Origin: Candidatus Omnitrophota bacterium
GTDB lineage: Bacteria; Omnitrophota; Omnitrophia; Omnitrophales; Aquincolibacteriaceae
Direction of reading: 5' to 3'
NCBI GenBank assembly: GCA_903884815.1
Contig: CAISGE010000002.1
Location: 109,955-173,954, forward strand
Length of the DNA stretch: 64,000 nucleotides
This document shows, one piece after another, positions 45,534 through 58,300 of the stretch; within the stretch, counting starts at the first letter, position 1, and every line of letters starts with the position of its first letter. The notes beneath the pieces are model-generated. The model made no database searches and was not told where the DNA came from. It saw only the letters and a program-made list of their open reading frames with translations. Position numbers and translations under genes: made by a program.

Positions 45534-46526
45534 ATGACCCTCTGGATCCTCTTCCTGATCGTGCTGGCGCTTTCCTTTGATTTCCTGAACGGTTTTCACG
45601 ATTCCGCGAACTCCATTGCGACGGTCGTTTCCACGCGCGTTCTTTCGCCCCAGCATGCGGTGATCTGGGCCGCCTTCTTCAACTTCATCGCGTTCCTTTT
45701 CTTCGGGCTCCACGTGGCCAATACCATCGGGAAGGGAATCATCGATATCCACATCGTGGACAGCCAGATCATCTTTGGCGCCTTGATGGGTGCGTGTGCT
45801 TGGAACATTATCACCTGGTATTACGGGCTTCCCACGAGCTCTTCCCACGCTTTGATCGGTGGGCTGGTGGGATCGGCGCTTGTGAAGGCCGGGACGGGGG
45901 CTCTCGTTTGGGGCGGGATCATCAAAACGGTGGCTTTCATCATTATCTCCCCCGTCGTGGGTCTTATTCTTGGGGTTGTCTACGGAGTTATTGTCCACTG
46001 GATTGCCCGGAAAAGTTCTCTGGCGGGTGTCGATCATTGGTTCAGAAAAGGGCAGCTGGTTTCCGCGGCGCTTTACAGCCTGGGACATGGCGGCAATGAT
46101 GCGCAAAAGACCATGGGTATCATCGCAAGCCTTCTTTTCAGCGCGGGGCTTCTTGGTAAGGAGTTTCATATCCCGTTCTGGATCGTGATCACCTGTCATT
46201 CCGCGATCGCCCTTGGAACGATGTCGGGGGGATGGCGGATCGTGAAGACCATGGGACAGAAAGTCGCGAAACTTCGCCCCGTGGATGGTTTTTGTGCGGA
46301 GGCAGGAGCGGCGACAAGCCTTTTCGTGGCATCCGCGTTCGGGATCCCGGTCAGCACGACCCATACGATCACCGGCGCCATCATGGGCGTTGGTTCCCTG
46401 AAACGGATGAGCGCGGTACGGTGGGGAGTGGCGGGGAGTATTGTTTGGGCCTGGATCATCACGATCCCGTGTTCGGCGGCGATCTCTGCTATTTCTTACA
46501 GCGCGGCAAAATATTTCATGAAATAG
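45534..46526 (+). CDS. pitA: Inorganic phosphate transporter, PiT family.
   Basis: GFHDSANSIATVVST... PHO4 signature repeated in both halves (GGNDAQKTMGII). Confidence 0.85.
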   Translation: MTLWILFLIVLALSFDFLNGFHDSANSIATVVSTRVLSPQHAVIWAAFFNFIAFLFFGLHVANTIGKGIIDIHIVDSQIIFGALMGACAWNIITWYYGLPTSSSHALIGGLVGSALVKAGTGALVWGGIIKTVAFIIISPVVGLILGVVYGVIVHWIARKSSLAGVDHWFRKGQLVSAALYSLGHGGNDAQKTMGIIASLLFSAGLLGKEFHIPFWIVITCHSAIALGTMSGGWRIVKTMGQKVAKLRPVDGFCAEAGAATSLFVASAFGIPVSTTHTITGAIMGVGSLKRMSAVRWGVAGSIVWAWIITIPCSAAISAISYSAAKYFMK

Positions 46527-46606
46527 GCGCGCCCCGGTTTTCTTTTAGTTTTTACGGGAAACCGGGACAATCCTGATTTGTTGTAGATTCTTTTAATGAA
46601 TGATAA

Positions 46607-48379
46607 TCAGGATGGAAAGAATACCGAGAAGCGCGCCCCTTGGCCGAGGGTGCTTTGGCAGGAGGCGTGGCCGCCATGAGCTTCCATAATGTGCTTCACG
46701 ATCGCAAGCCCCAATCCCGTTCCTCCCAGCTCTTTCGAATGAGACTTATCCGCTCGAAAAAATCGCTCGAAAACCCGTTCTAAGGAGTCCTCGGGGATCC
46801 CGGTCCCCGTATCTTCGATCGTCACCGTGATTCCCTTCGATTCTTGCTCAGACCAAACAGTGATCCGTCCTTCCGGTTTGTTGAATTTGATCGCGTTGTC
46901 GAGAAGGTTCACGAATACCTGATGGATCTTGTCTCTGTCGCCGGACACCTCGAGCGGCTTGCCTGACAGACGGTTTTCCACCGAGATCCTTCTCTCCTGA
47001 AGCCGTAGCTTGAATCTCTCCAGGATCATGGGCAGTTCCGAAGCCAGGTCGACCGTCTCTTTTCTAAGGAGGGCCACGCCCTGCTCAATCTCTCCGAGGG
47101 TCAAGACGTCTTCTACAAGACGCCCAAGACGGCCGGTCTCTTCGGCGACGATCTTGAGGAACTTTTCGCGTGTGGCCGGGTCTTTCGCGGCGCCGTCCAG
47201 CAAGGTTTCGATAAAGCCCTTGATCGTTGTAAGAGGCGTCCGGAGCTCATGGGAGACGTTGGCGACGAATTCCCTGCGGATATTCTCGAGGCGCCGTAGC
47301 TCCGTCATATCATGAAAGACCAGGATGCCGCCGATGTCGCGTACATGGGACTCGAGAACGATGACGTTCACGCGTAGGATCTTTTTGATTTTTCCGGAAA
47401 GCTGGATTTCTCCGGAGACGGTTTTCTGGTCCCGGAAGGCCTGGTCCACGATCTGTTCGAGCAGGGGATGCCGCGTGATCTCGATCAGTCCCTTGCTTTG
47501 TGCGCCGGCGGCAGAGAATTCGAAGATCTTTTCCGCGGCGGGGTTCGCCATGACGCACTGTTTCCGCCGGCTGATCGCGATCACGCCTTCGGTCATATTG
47601 CTCAGGATGACCGAAAGTTTTTCTTTTTCGGTTTCCAGGTCTTCTATCCGCGAACGCAGCGTCGCGGCCATCTGGTTCATCGTGACCGCGAGCATCTTGA
47701 GCTCATCCCGGCCATCCATCAGGATCTTTTCAGACCAGTCCTCCCGGGCGTAGCGCTCAGCCACGGAGGTGATGCGCCGGATACGTTTTGTGAGCTGGTG
47801 GCTGAAGATCATTCCGGCGCCCACGACGACGAGGATGCCGAGAAGCGCGGTGAATATGACGGGCCGGCTGACGGAGGACAGGATCTCATCAACGCGCGTG
47901 ACCGGCATCGACGCGCGCACGACCCCCAGGACTCTTTCACGGTCCAGCACGGGGAGGGCAACATAAAGCATCCGGGTTCTGACGGTCATGCTGTAGCGGA
48001 TGCTTATGCCCGTTTCCTTCCTGAGCGCAGCCGCCACTTCCGGCCGGGTCGCGTGATTGTCCATTTTCGAGAGTCCTTCCACGGTCTCGCTGGAGTCCGC
48101 CAGGATCGCTCCTTCGGGATCTATGACGGTGATGCGCAGCCGGATCACTTCAGATAGTTTTTTGATCTCGGATTGAAGACGGGGCACGTCGCCCAGCAGG
48201 GGCGTCGCGATCTCACGGATCAGTGTCGTCTGATGCGTCAGGGAGCTCTGCAGCTGTTGGAGGTCGCGCTGCTGGAGATAACGGGAAAGCGTCCAGTCGG
48301 TTACGAACAGGACGAGAACGAAAACGATGCCATAAAGCGCGAGAAGGCGCTTGGCGAAACCGGTTTGGAGGAATGCCAT
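46607..48379 (-). CDS. Sensor histidine kinase, PhoR-like (TM, HAMP, PAS, HisKA, HATPase_c).
   Basis: H-box FVANVSHELRTPLTTIKGF and G-boxes (GGTGLGLAIVKHIMEAHGG). Start MAFLQ at 48379. The ORF extends to 48409. Confidence 0.75.
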   Translation of the reverse strand: MAFLQTGFAKRLLALYGIVFVLVLFVTDWTLSRYLQQRDLQQLQSSLTHQTTLIREIATPLLGDVPRLQSEIKKLSEVIRLRITVIDPEGAILADSSETVEGLSKMDNHATRPEVAAALRKETGISIRYSMTVRTRMLYVALPVLDRERVLGVVRASMPVTRVDEILSSVSRPVIFTALLGILVVVGAGMIFSHQLTKRIRRITSVAERYAREDWSEKILMDGRDELKMLAVTMNQMAATLRSRIEDLETEKEKLSVILSNMTEGVIAISRRKQCVMANPAAEKIFEFSAAGAQSKGLIEITRHPLLEQIVDQAFRDQKTVSGEIQLSGKIKKILRVNVIVLESHVRDIGGILVFHDMTELRRLENIRREFVANVSHELRTPLTTIKGFIETLLDGAAKDPATREKFLKIVAEETGRLGRLVEDVLTLGEIEQGVALLRKETVDLASELPMILERFKLRLQERRISVENRLSGKPLEVSGDRDKIHQVFVNLLDNAIKFNKPEGRITVWSEQESKGITVTIEDTGTGIPEDSLERVFERFFRADKSHSKELGGTGLGLAIVKHIMEAHGGHASCQSTLGQGARFSVFFPS

Positions 48380-48380
48380 C

Positions 48381-49070
48381 TTATTCTCCGTCGAAGCGGT
48401 AGCCGACACTTTTTACGGTTACGATACGGGGGGATTCCTTCCCGAGTTTTTTCCGCAACTGCCCAATGTGCATGTCGACGGTCCGGGTTTCGATATTGAC
48501 CGAATTGTCATAACCCCAAACCCGCTCCAGAAGAAATTCCCGGGAAAGCACGCGGCCGCTTGCTTCCATCAGTGTTTTCAGCAGTTCAAACTCTTTGGCG
48601 GTCAGCTCGACAGGTTTCTCTTTGAGGCGGAGCTCGTGCTTGGTGAGGTCGAGTTCGAGCGTGCCGGCCCTCATCATCTCCACCTTGGGCCTATCCTTTG
48701 CCCGGCGCAAGACCGCCTTGACGCGCGCGACAAGTTCCCTCGGGCTGAAAGGCTTTGTCATGTAGTCATCGGCGCCGAGTTCAAGGCCCACGATCTTGTC
48801 GGATTCCGTGCCCTTAGCGGTAAGCATGATGATGGGGATCGTGCGGGTCTTGTCGTTCTGCTTGAGGGCTTTGCACACATCAAGGCCGCTCATTTCCGGA
48901 AGCATGAGATCCAAAACCACAAGCGCCGGTTTATCTTTGAGCGCCGACTCAAGACCCGTTGTGCCCTTGGCGGCCGTGAGAACGCGAAAACCGTCCTGCT
49001 CGAGATTGTATTTTACAAGCTCGGCAATGTTTTTTTCATCTTCAATGAGGAGGATCGTTTCGTTTGCCAT
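48381..49070 (-). CDS. OmpR/PhoB-family response regulator.
   Basis: A REC domain (ILLIEDEKNIAELV...LVVLDLMLPEMSGLDV) and a winged-helix C-terminus (LTAKEFELLKTLMEASGRVLSRE...VDMHIGQLRKKL). Confidence 0.8.
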   Translation of the reverse strand: MANETILLIEDEKNIAELVKYNLEQDGFRVLTAAKGTTGLESALKDKPALVVLDLMLPEMSGLDVCKALKQNDKTRTIPIIMLTAKGTESDKIVGLELGADDYMTKPFSPRELVARVKAVLRRAKDRPKVEMMRAGTLELDLTKHELRLKEKPVELTAKEFELLKTLMEASGRVLSREFLLERVWGYDNSVNIETRTVDMHIGQLRKKLGKESPRIVTVKSVGYRFDGE

Positions 49071-49140
49071 AAGTTTTCGGAAAGCATTCTATCACAAAGA
49101 ATCCAGCCCGAAGAAGACTTAAGGTCCTCCCTCAGATGTT

Positions 49141-49259
49141 TTTACACATCCTTTACATAGCGTGCTTAAGCCGGCTGCGGTTCCGCTCAGGTCGATAGCG
49201 GTGGGAAACACGTCCAGGCCTGTTCCGCGGCAGCGAATCTGTTTTACGTTCAATTTACA
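49141..49259 (+). promoter_or_regulatory. Two pairs of TTTACA/TTTACG direct repeats with 11-bp periodicity (Pho-box/PhoP-box-like) in the divergent phoB - giant-gene intergenic region.
   Basis: TTTACAcatccTTTACAtag at 49141-49160 and TTTACGttcaaTTTACAcc at 49243-49261, both read from the sequence. Confidence 0.25.
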
Positions 49260-49349
49260 CCATCATCAAGGGGTTTTTTCACGGCAAGGATAGCATTGTC
49301 ATAGAAAGAAAAACATTTTTAAAAAGAATTCAGGAAGAGGACTCGGTCG

Positions 49350-52300
49350 ATGAAAAACTTGAGAAGAAAATCCAGGGCTAAACCAAAGGAGATTTTCCAC
49401 TCGTCGGCGATCTCAAAACGGGCTCTCGAGTTTTTTCCACGAATCATCAGTTTTTTTCTGATCCTAGTTTTTGTATGGAGTCAGGTTCTTCCCGCGGATA
49501 CCGCGTGGGCCTTTCAGGAAATGACAGCTGGATTCATGAAAGCCCCGGCGTATGAAAGGATCGTTTTCCCGGATTTTGCCCGCGTGGAATGGGCGAATAC
49601 CTCTGTGAACGTGCCGCGCGGCGTGGTGTATCTTTTCCAGGACGCCCACACCTCTCTCTTGGCGCAGCAAAGAATTACCCAGACGCTTCTCGAACTCCGG
49701 AAGCAAGGCGCGATCGATGCCGTTCTTGTAGAAGGCGCTGCGGGCAGGTTGACCGCTGACCGCTTCGACGCCCACCCCGGGCTCAAAAAAACCCCCGAAC
49801 TGATTGAGAACCTCGAGAAGCAAGGCTATCTCCATGGAGCTGCGGCCTTCTATGTTTTACGTCCCGACACGACCGTGGAAGGTCTCGAAACACCGGGGCT
49901 TTACCGTGAAAACCGCCAGGCCTTCCGCGATGTCTTTGCATTCCGCGACAGGATCGATCCGGTGACGGAGCGCTTCAAAGTGGAATGGCAGCGTTGGCTC
50001 CAAGGTCACATGGATGAAGCGTCCCGGACTTTTTTCCTCAATGCCGCTTCCCGGCACACCGACGCTATCGAGCCGGCGTATTTCCAGCAGCTCCTCCGCA
50101 TGGCTTCCGAGAAAGCCGGGATCTCCTGGAGTATCGGGGATCAGGCCGAGTGGCCGCAGCTGATCCGGGTCCAGCGCATGCTTGAGATCCAACCCAGGCT
50201 CCGGATGGATGAAGCCCGCGCCGCATTCAAGGATCTGAGGAAAATCCTTCCGGGCTCATTCAAGGAAAAGCTCGATTTCATTCAAATGAGGATTGACGGA
50301 GGCCTCAAAGGAACGCTTGTACAGGAAGATGCCACCCTCTACCGTGATTTTGCAGCGCAGCTCATGACGGAACTTGTGAAGCAAAAGCGCCCGATGCTTT
50401 CTTATGGAGCTTTTTATGACTGGCTGGCCTGCGAGACATTCCGCCAGGAGATTCAGGCCGAGGATCTTGCCCTTGAGATCGAAAGGCTCGAGGACAGGAT
50501 CTGGAAGGCCTGGTTCCAGAACCCGGAAGACCGCGGTTGGATGGCGCTTGGAAGGCTCGGAGTTCTGCTTGCGAAGGCCAGCCGCCTGGAGCTTTCACGC
50601 GGAGAGGTTCGTCAATTCTCCAGGGCGCTCGAGGCCAAAGCCTTCGAAGCCTGGATCGGGAAGTTCCTGCCGGAGGAAAAAGAGACTTTTGAGAAATTCA
50701 GCAGCGGAGTTCTGTCCTTCTACAAATTAGCAGAAAGCCGTGAGCAGGGATTTGTCGCGCGCCTTTCGGAAACGCTCGAAGCATTATCCTCAAAGAATGC
50801 CAGAACTCCCCACGTGGCCGTCGTGACCGGCGGCTATCACAAGATCGGGCTCCTTAATAATCTGAAGTCCCAGGGGCTGCGTGTGGCGGTCGTGACTCCG
50901 GTATTAGAGCGGGTGGATCAGAACGTCGCCTATCTGTATAGAATGCTGGAAACCACGCCGGAAGCTTCGACGCTTTCGATAGTTCCTGCCGCGGTGGTAG
51001 GTTCCTCCGAATTGCGCGGGCTGGTAGGCGACGCGAATGCCGAGCGAAGCGAAAGGAGAGTGGCGAAGATCTTGGACGAAGCTTCTACCCCCGGGACTCC
51101 TGCTGCTACGGTTCGCAAAGCCGTTCCCACAGAGTTCCGGTGGAAATCCTGGATCCGCTGGATACTTACGGCTTTCATTCTGTTGTTTTCTTCTCGAGGC
51201 CTGAGTCAGGAAGCTCCGGCATCTCATAAGGCCGAACTGGCGGAGTTGAACCGGATCGCCGGACAGGGTTTTAACGTCAATAGGCCCCCGGTAGCGGAGC
51301 GGCCTGCCATGCTTTTTACTTCGGGACGACTCAATTCCCAGAGTTTTGTTTGGGGAAAAGGACTCGGTGCTGGCGGGAAGAACCTTGGAGAATTGGCGCG
51401 TATGAATCCGGAAGCGCGCCGGGTTGCGATCCAGGCACTTTTACAGAACGAGCTACGCGGCCGGTATCTGTCGATCGGATTGGATATTAAGACTTCTTCG
51501 AGCAGCACTAAAGCTACCGATCTGATCCATCCCAGCCCTCTCATGCTTGGATTTTTAAAACTGAGGGCGGCTACGGAGGCTTTGGAATGGCTTTTGTCGG
51601 CGGCTCCCCAGAATGCCGCGGATGAGGCCTACGCCCAAGGGTGGCGGCTGGAGTGGGAAGCGCAAGTCAAGAATCTCGAAGCTCAGGCCTATGCGACAGT
51701 GATCCAGATCCAGAAACTTGGCGCCAAGATCGATTTGAATACAAGAATCCTGAAATTGCTGGAGATATCCTTACCGCAGGCCCGGGTCCGGGAAGATCCC
51801 AAAAACAGGCTGGAAAGTCCCGGGACGGCTTTAAACGTCGAGATGAAGCTCCGTATGCTCCAGGTCAGAACAAGAGATCTGATGCGGCAGCGGCAGACCC
51901 TCCGGGCGGAGCTAGGATTTTTGCTCGGGGTTTCGGCTGAAGCGATCAGCCTTGACAGTGTGGGACGTCTCCCGGTTCCTCTTCTTCCTATCTCATGGAA
52001 AAACAATCAGCGGGAAAATTTTTCAAATGCCGTTCTCGGATCTATTCCGGCAAGTTTGCGTCTGAGGTCCCGTGAAATGTTGGCTCTCGGGGCCAGCGAG
52101 GCAGCGACGGCGGAAGGACGCCGGGGTTGGTTCCATCTTCCGCAGGTCAGGATCTCCGGTCTTACGGCGGAGCAAGCCGGTGGAGAGGCTGTCCCGGGAT
52201 GGACCCCGGAGCGAAGAAAAGCCAATTTGGAGGGGGCCGATCAAGAGGCAGCCTTGGAGGTTGCTCAGGCTCAAGTAGCGCTTCAAGCCAGAAAAGGACT

Positions 52301-55300
52301 CGATGGAATATGGATGGGGCTCGACCAGGAACAAGCCTCGGAAGAGATGCTCGCGAAGTACTGGGCGGATTGGCAACAGAACTCGCTCACATTTCATTCC
52401 TCCAATGCCGTGCAAATGAATCTCCTGGGGAATATGCAGGAACTCGGCGGGCAGCTGATCGATGCCCGGGTCAGCGTCAGCGAAACTGTCGTAGGGTTTG
52501 TGGGCCTGGGGATCCTGGACCCCGCTACACTCGGGGCCGCCCCGATCAGTCCGAATCTCTATTCCCGTGGTTCTTCGCCGCGGTCCGAGGTCCGGACATG
52601 GATCAAGACGGTTTTTCAGAAGCTGCCGCTCCTTTTCATGGCAGGATTCGCCTTGTTTCTGGCGTCTTGCGCGACGGGGCCCCGGAATGTTATGCCGCCT
52701 CACGCGGCCAAGATGGAGTGGAAAGCCCCCGCGGCCCCGCGGCACATGAATATCGAGAAGTATAAGGAGCCCGCGCTTCCCTTGACCGGGGGTGTTTCTG
52801 ACGGCTTTTATGGGGACTTGCTTCCGCCCAAAGCTGACGCCGAAACGAAAGCCAGGATCCTGGCATCAACACCCCTCGCGGAAACCTCAAAGCAGGCGAA
52901 GCAAGACGCTCCAAAAGAAATTAAAGTGGAGGGGCCCGGGAAAAACGCTTGGGATGCATCGGATACGGTGAAGACGGCTCCGGAGAAACCCGCCGCGGCT
53001 CCGAAGAGCGAAACGGCCGAAAATGCGGCCCTTATCAAGACCCTCCTCGATACCGCGAAGGTGCTGGATGCCTATCATTTCCAGCCCGGAGAAACGCGTG
53101 ACGCGCTGCTTCAGGGAGAGCCGATCAAGAAATTCCAGGACGCCCTCGTCGCTGCGGCGCCTCTCCTGGCAGGACTGGACTTCGTCGACGATCCACTCCA
53201 CACGAAAAATCGCGGCAGCTTTGGAAAATACACCTACGTCTGGCTGAAGAAGGTTATGGGAGACGCACCTCAGATTCTGGCGCTCACGAGCGGAACACCT
53301 GCTGAGACAAAGACGGCGCAAGCTCCCGCTCCGAAGGCGGAGGAGCATCTTTCAAAAGGGAAGACCCACGAAACAGAGGCTCAGCGCGATGAGGCCATTA
53401 ACAAGGCCGTCGCGGCGGCCGCTTCGCCCTCCACCGTGAATCCTCCGGCGATGCCTGAAAAAATCAAGACGGAAAAAACTTCTCCGGCCGGAATTCCCGC
53501 GGTGGCGGAAACTCCGACTCCATCCGCCCAGCGTAAAACGCCCCTGGCTCAAACGCCTCCCAAGGCGGAAGATCTTTCCGGGGATTCCGACAGTGATTTT
53601 GTTTTTGAGATGCCCGAAATAAAAATGCATTCGGCCAAACTGGGGGACGGCCCCTCCGGAGGCTTTGTCATCAAAGCTTTTTCGGCGGGAGAAGTCAGGA
53701 CAAGTGACAGCGGGGGGACGCAGACCTGGAGCATCGAAGATCCCATTCGGGCCAACGCGATCAAGAATCTTTTCGATCTTCTCAAAACCGATCTGGGGCA
53801 ATTGGCCGGCATGGATTCTCAATCCTGGGCTCCATATGAATTGCTTATGCAAAAGCTGAAAGCTGCAGAGGAGAAAATACAGCTGGCGCGCGCGCTGCAG
53901 AACGACGAAGAACTCGGGCATCTTGAAACGGGCCGCTTCGTGGAGACCGGGCATGTCTATGCCGAGGCGGGTTCGGTCAATGCCGGGGACCCTGTCATCG
54001 AGGCATTCCCGGATAGCGTGGTGGGCGTTGAAACAACGGTGCCTCTTTGGACGTTGATCGGCCACCAGCTCCATCCTCTGATCAATGAAAAGCCGGCGGC
54101 GATCCTTGGCTCCATCCAGGTGCTGAAGATTGATCCGACGGGGAACCCGGAGATCGATCCGAAAGGCGGCCCGACGGCCGTCATTCACTTTGCAGCTCAA
54201 CCCGCTGACGGGGGCTCGATTGAAAAAGATGCGGAATTCAACGTGGAATTGCGCTTTGCTAAAACCGGCGGGATCCAGGAAGGTGAGCCTGTTAATGTGG
54301 AGCTCGGCGATTCCGGCACGCTGACTCCGGCCGCAAGAGCCCAAAAGGATGTGCCCGCACCCGAGGATGGTTTTTTTAAGGTAGAAGGTCCCGGCCATTA
54401 TCAGGGAAATGTCCATCTGGCTTCCCGGCGCGACGGGGCCCAGGTGCTGGCGAATGAAAGCTGGCAGTCTCTTTTAAGCGACGCGCAGAGTCTTGTCAAC
54501 GGGGCCGCAGAGATGTTGCAGCGTATGAGCGATTCAGGCGTCGGGTCCGATAAAGTGCAGGCGTTTCAAAATCGTGTGCATGATCTTTCCCAGATTTTGA
54601 CAGGCATCGGACAATCGACTGTCAGGGGTGGCAACGGATTTTTTTCGCCGGACCCGCAGGCGACAGCCCTTCCCGCTGCAAAAGGCGCCTCTCTCGGAAC
54701 AGTTTATTCCGACAGCGTTTTTATAGGTTCGAAGACGGATCCGGGGGAGATGTTCATGGTTCCCAAGGGCTCCGCCAAGGTGGGCGATCTTGTGAGGGTC
54801 ACCGGAGGCGGCGAGGTATTAACGGGGAAAGTTTCGAAGATCATTGAGGAGATCCCTGCCGAGCCGAGAGATGCCTACAAGGATCTGGACGCGGTGGTTG
54901 TTGAGGTCGAGTCGCCGGCTTCGCAGATCATCGTCTGGCCGAAAGGATTGGACCTGCCGCTTTTCGGCGAAATTCTCCGGAAGATCCGCGAACAGTCTCA
55001 GGAAACCTCCCAATATTCTCCGGAAGGGGCAGGGTTCCATTGGATCGCGGGGCCTGCGGGATTCGGGGAGGAATGCTTGCTGGCCTCGGTGGGCAAGAAG
55101 GCTACGGGAACACCTTCAGTCGCACCTTCTATCGGACCCAGGTCCGCCCAGTTGGCTTCAACGGATTCAAGGCCTATCGTCACTCTTCCGGATCCTTCAA
55201 GCCCCCGAGTTCGCGAGATTACGGCGGAACACAGTCCCGGACGGCAGATTGAAAAGTTTAATAAAGAGAAAGGATCCATGACGGACCCGGAATTCAGGGA

Positions 55301-58300
55301 GCTATTTGAACGGGGCTCGGTGCCGCTGGTCTTTGAAATGAGCCGGTTCTTGCTTGCTGAAAAACATGATTGGGCTCCGGCGATGGACTCGCTCCGTGCG
55401 CTAAGCGGACATGCCGGGAAAGACGGTGCCGATGTCCAGCGGGCGGGTGCCATTGAACTAGCGATCGTTTCGGTTCTCTATCAGCGGCCGGCGAATCTTT
55501 CTTCGGATCTCATGCGTCTCAAAGTACAATCCCGGGAATATCCGGAAGCCCAGGCGTTCATCGATTCCGTTTTCCTGTATATTCTTCAAAAAGAGGGGAT
55601 TCATTCCCAGGCATCACAAGCTTTCCTGGGTTCCGGATATTTCACTCTCGAGGATATGAAGCCCGTTGCGCGCGCAGCGCGGCATTCCGCCGATCCTCTT
55701 TATAAAACCTTGGGAGCGCAGCTGGATACCTTCCGGAGGCATGAAGCTGCCGCGCGGGAAATTTTAGATCTTAAACTTACGCCGGATGTTGCGGCTGCCA
55801 CGAGCAGCGTGGATCCCACCAATCCTTTCAAAAACCTTTCTCCTGAAAAGAAACGCGCCGCGCATTTTACCCAGGCGGTCCGGAGGGACGATGTCCTTAT
55901 GCTTCAATCGGGCCGGCTGACCTCCGACGCGGGATTGGGCGCTGCCCAGATCGATCCCTCGACGGCCGCTCAGTTGAAGCAGACAAACACAAACGAAGCC
56001 TCCTCCGGTTCGGAATTCAAATTATATCCGGGCAGTTCCGCGACGGGCGCGACGCTTGGCGAATGGGACACCGTGGGATTATTGCAACGGCAGGAAATGG
56101 TCCGCGAATGGGCGTCCCAGGGCCGGTTTTATGATCTCACACAAGCCTTGCGAGGGCTTGGTTCCAGGCAGCCGGTCCTGACAGACATGATCCTCAAGAC
56201 GCTTTCAGCTTCCCCGGAAGGCCGGCTGGCGCTCTATGCCGCAGTTTTAAACGGAACCGTCACCCTTCCGTTCAGTCAGGCCTACCTTTCCAATTTGATC
56301 AAAGATGCCGCGCAGTTCACGGATCTGAATCAGTCCGGGACATCGGAGGAAAAGAAAGACGGAACTCTTTCCCCTCGCTCCCCCAGGTTCATTTACATAG
56401 AGGCATTGCTGCAATCGCTTAAAAAGAACAGTGCGGATAGTGCGAACAGTGCGGGCAGCGCGGACCGTAATGCCGTCTTGAGAGCTTTGGCGGGACTTGT
56501 TCCGCACGGTCATTCCCTTAGAGCTTTGGAAGGAAATCTGAAGGGTGTTTCCGCGGATACAGACCGTATCCTCCAAGGGGTTCCGGAAGAAGACCGCGAA
56601 GGACTACGAAAGGCTGCCATAAATGAAGAAGGGCGCCGCGCGGTGAGGGCCGGAGCCAATGCCGTTTTTAAAAGCAAACATTCCGAAGCTTTGGGCGAGG
56701 CGCGTCTCGGATCGATACAGACGGATCTTGGCATCTTGCTTGCGGATCTTGAGCTTTCGCGTGCTGGGGTTGGGTCTGTGACGGCTTCGTCGGCCGGAGA
56801 GTTCATCGAAACGTCCCTTTCGAAATGGAGAGCTTCCGAGAGTCTCAAAGACGATGTCCGGAAAGCGTCGGGGGAAGCGTTGGGATACATGAACGGGCAG
56901 GCGCGTCCGGACTTTGACCCCAAGAAAGATTACTACATGGGGGCTAATTTTATGGCCTGGCTCAGCTGGGGATTGGGCGGTCTCGGATTTTATTTCGTCG
57001 GATGGCTTATGAACATGTACCGGTTAGCGCACAAGCGCGAGAAATTGCTGGATAGTCGCGTCGAGAAGGGCCTTCCTGTGCACTCTTTCCCGTCGCTTGA
57101 GGAGTGGCGCCTGGAATTTCAAGGGCAGATCAACTCCTCTGAATTTGTCGGGTATGAAAACCTCAAGGACGCACTTCAGCGGTGGATGAATATGCTGGCG
57201 ACGGAAGGCCCTTTGTCCGCGGAAAATCTGGCAGGGATGCGCGTGGAAGCCGAGCGGATCTCCAGGGACCATAAACTGAAACTTGGTGAAACCATGCTTC
57301 GTCGTTACTGGCACAATGACCGCATCCATAACAGGAACATGATGCATATGGTCGCAGAGCTTTCGATGCTGACTATGGAGCGGTTGATTCATGAGGGAGC
57401 GGGTCGTTCCCGGAATTCGGATTTCATTTTTCACAGAGATCTTGCGCTCAAGATGCTTTTCCTGAAAAGGCTTCTTTTCACGATGAAAAATCTCCGATCG
57501 AACCGGGCTCTGAATGTTATTGAACCGCTTCTAGTTAATGACAAGGAGATCGACCGGATCTCAAGAAAATTACTCAAACATGAAAGAAGAGGCTGGAAAT
57601 ATATCGTTCGCCCCCAATGGGCGCTCAATTGGATGAGAGGAAAACATAATGAGCTCGCTTTTCAGTCCCTGGATGAATACGCGAGGGTTGCAGAGCGGCT
57701 GGGGGAACGGGTGGATCTTCCGGGGCTGAGAACGATTCTCGGGGAGGTCCTGGATACAGAGAAGCCTATGCAGGAGACCCGGCTGACGACAGATGACAAT
57801 GATGCTTTTAATGTTCACCGAAGGCTGAAATCAAGAATGCTTAATCTTGTGTCCCGCATTATGGGGATTCCCGGACTTTTGGCTTTGGGGATCAGTATTC
57901 ATACCCTGGGCTTCGGAGTTTTGACCTGCATGTTGTTCGTGGTGAACATCGGTCTTTTATTGCCCTGGATCAACTATCTCGCTCACGTCATTGGCAATAT
58001 GAGCGGTGCGGAAGGGCGTCACTTCACCGAAGGGATCCTGAAGCTTCAAAGACTGAAGATGGCATTTGACGCTGCTTCGCCGGAGGAAGATGACGCTACC
58101 GAAGTCGATGGCGATGAGTTTCTTCCTGACAATATTTTCCAGTTTGAACCGGATCCGTCAGGAATGGTCCCGGCGCTGGCCCGGGTCCAAAATTCATCCG
58201 AAACCGGAGATCCTGGCCGCGCAGAATCCCGCGTGCCGGTCACGCTTATGGCCAATTCGATCAAGACGGAAATGAAAGGGAAAAAAGAATATTGGGTGGC

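Noticed and set aside
45444-46364. 306-aa ORF on the minus strand
   Set aside because: It is antisense to pitA.
53352-54416. 354-aa ORF on the minus strand, along with the other short ORFs inside 49350-59435
   Set aside because: They are embedded in the 10-kb giant ORF, and none has an RBS or a recognisable motif.
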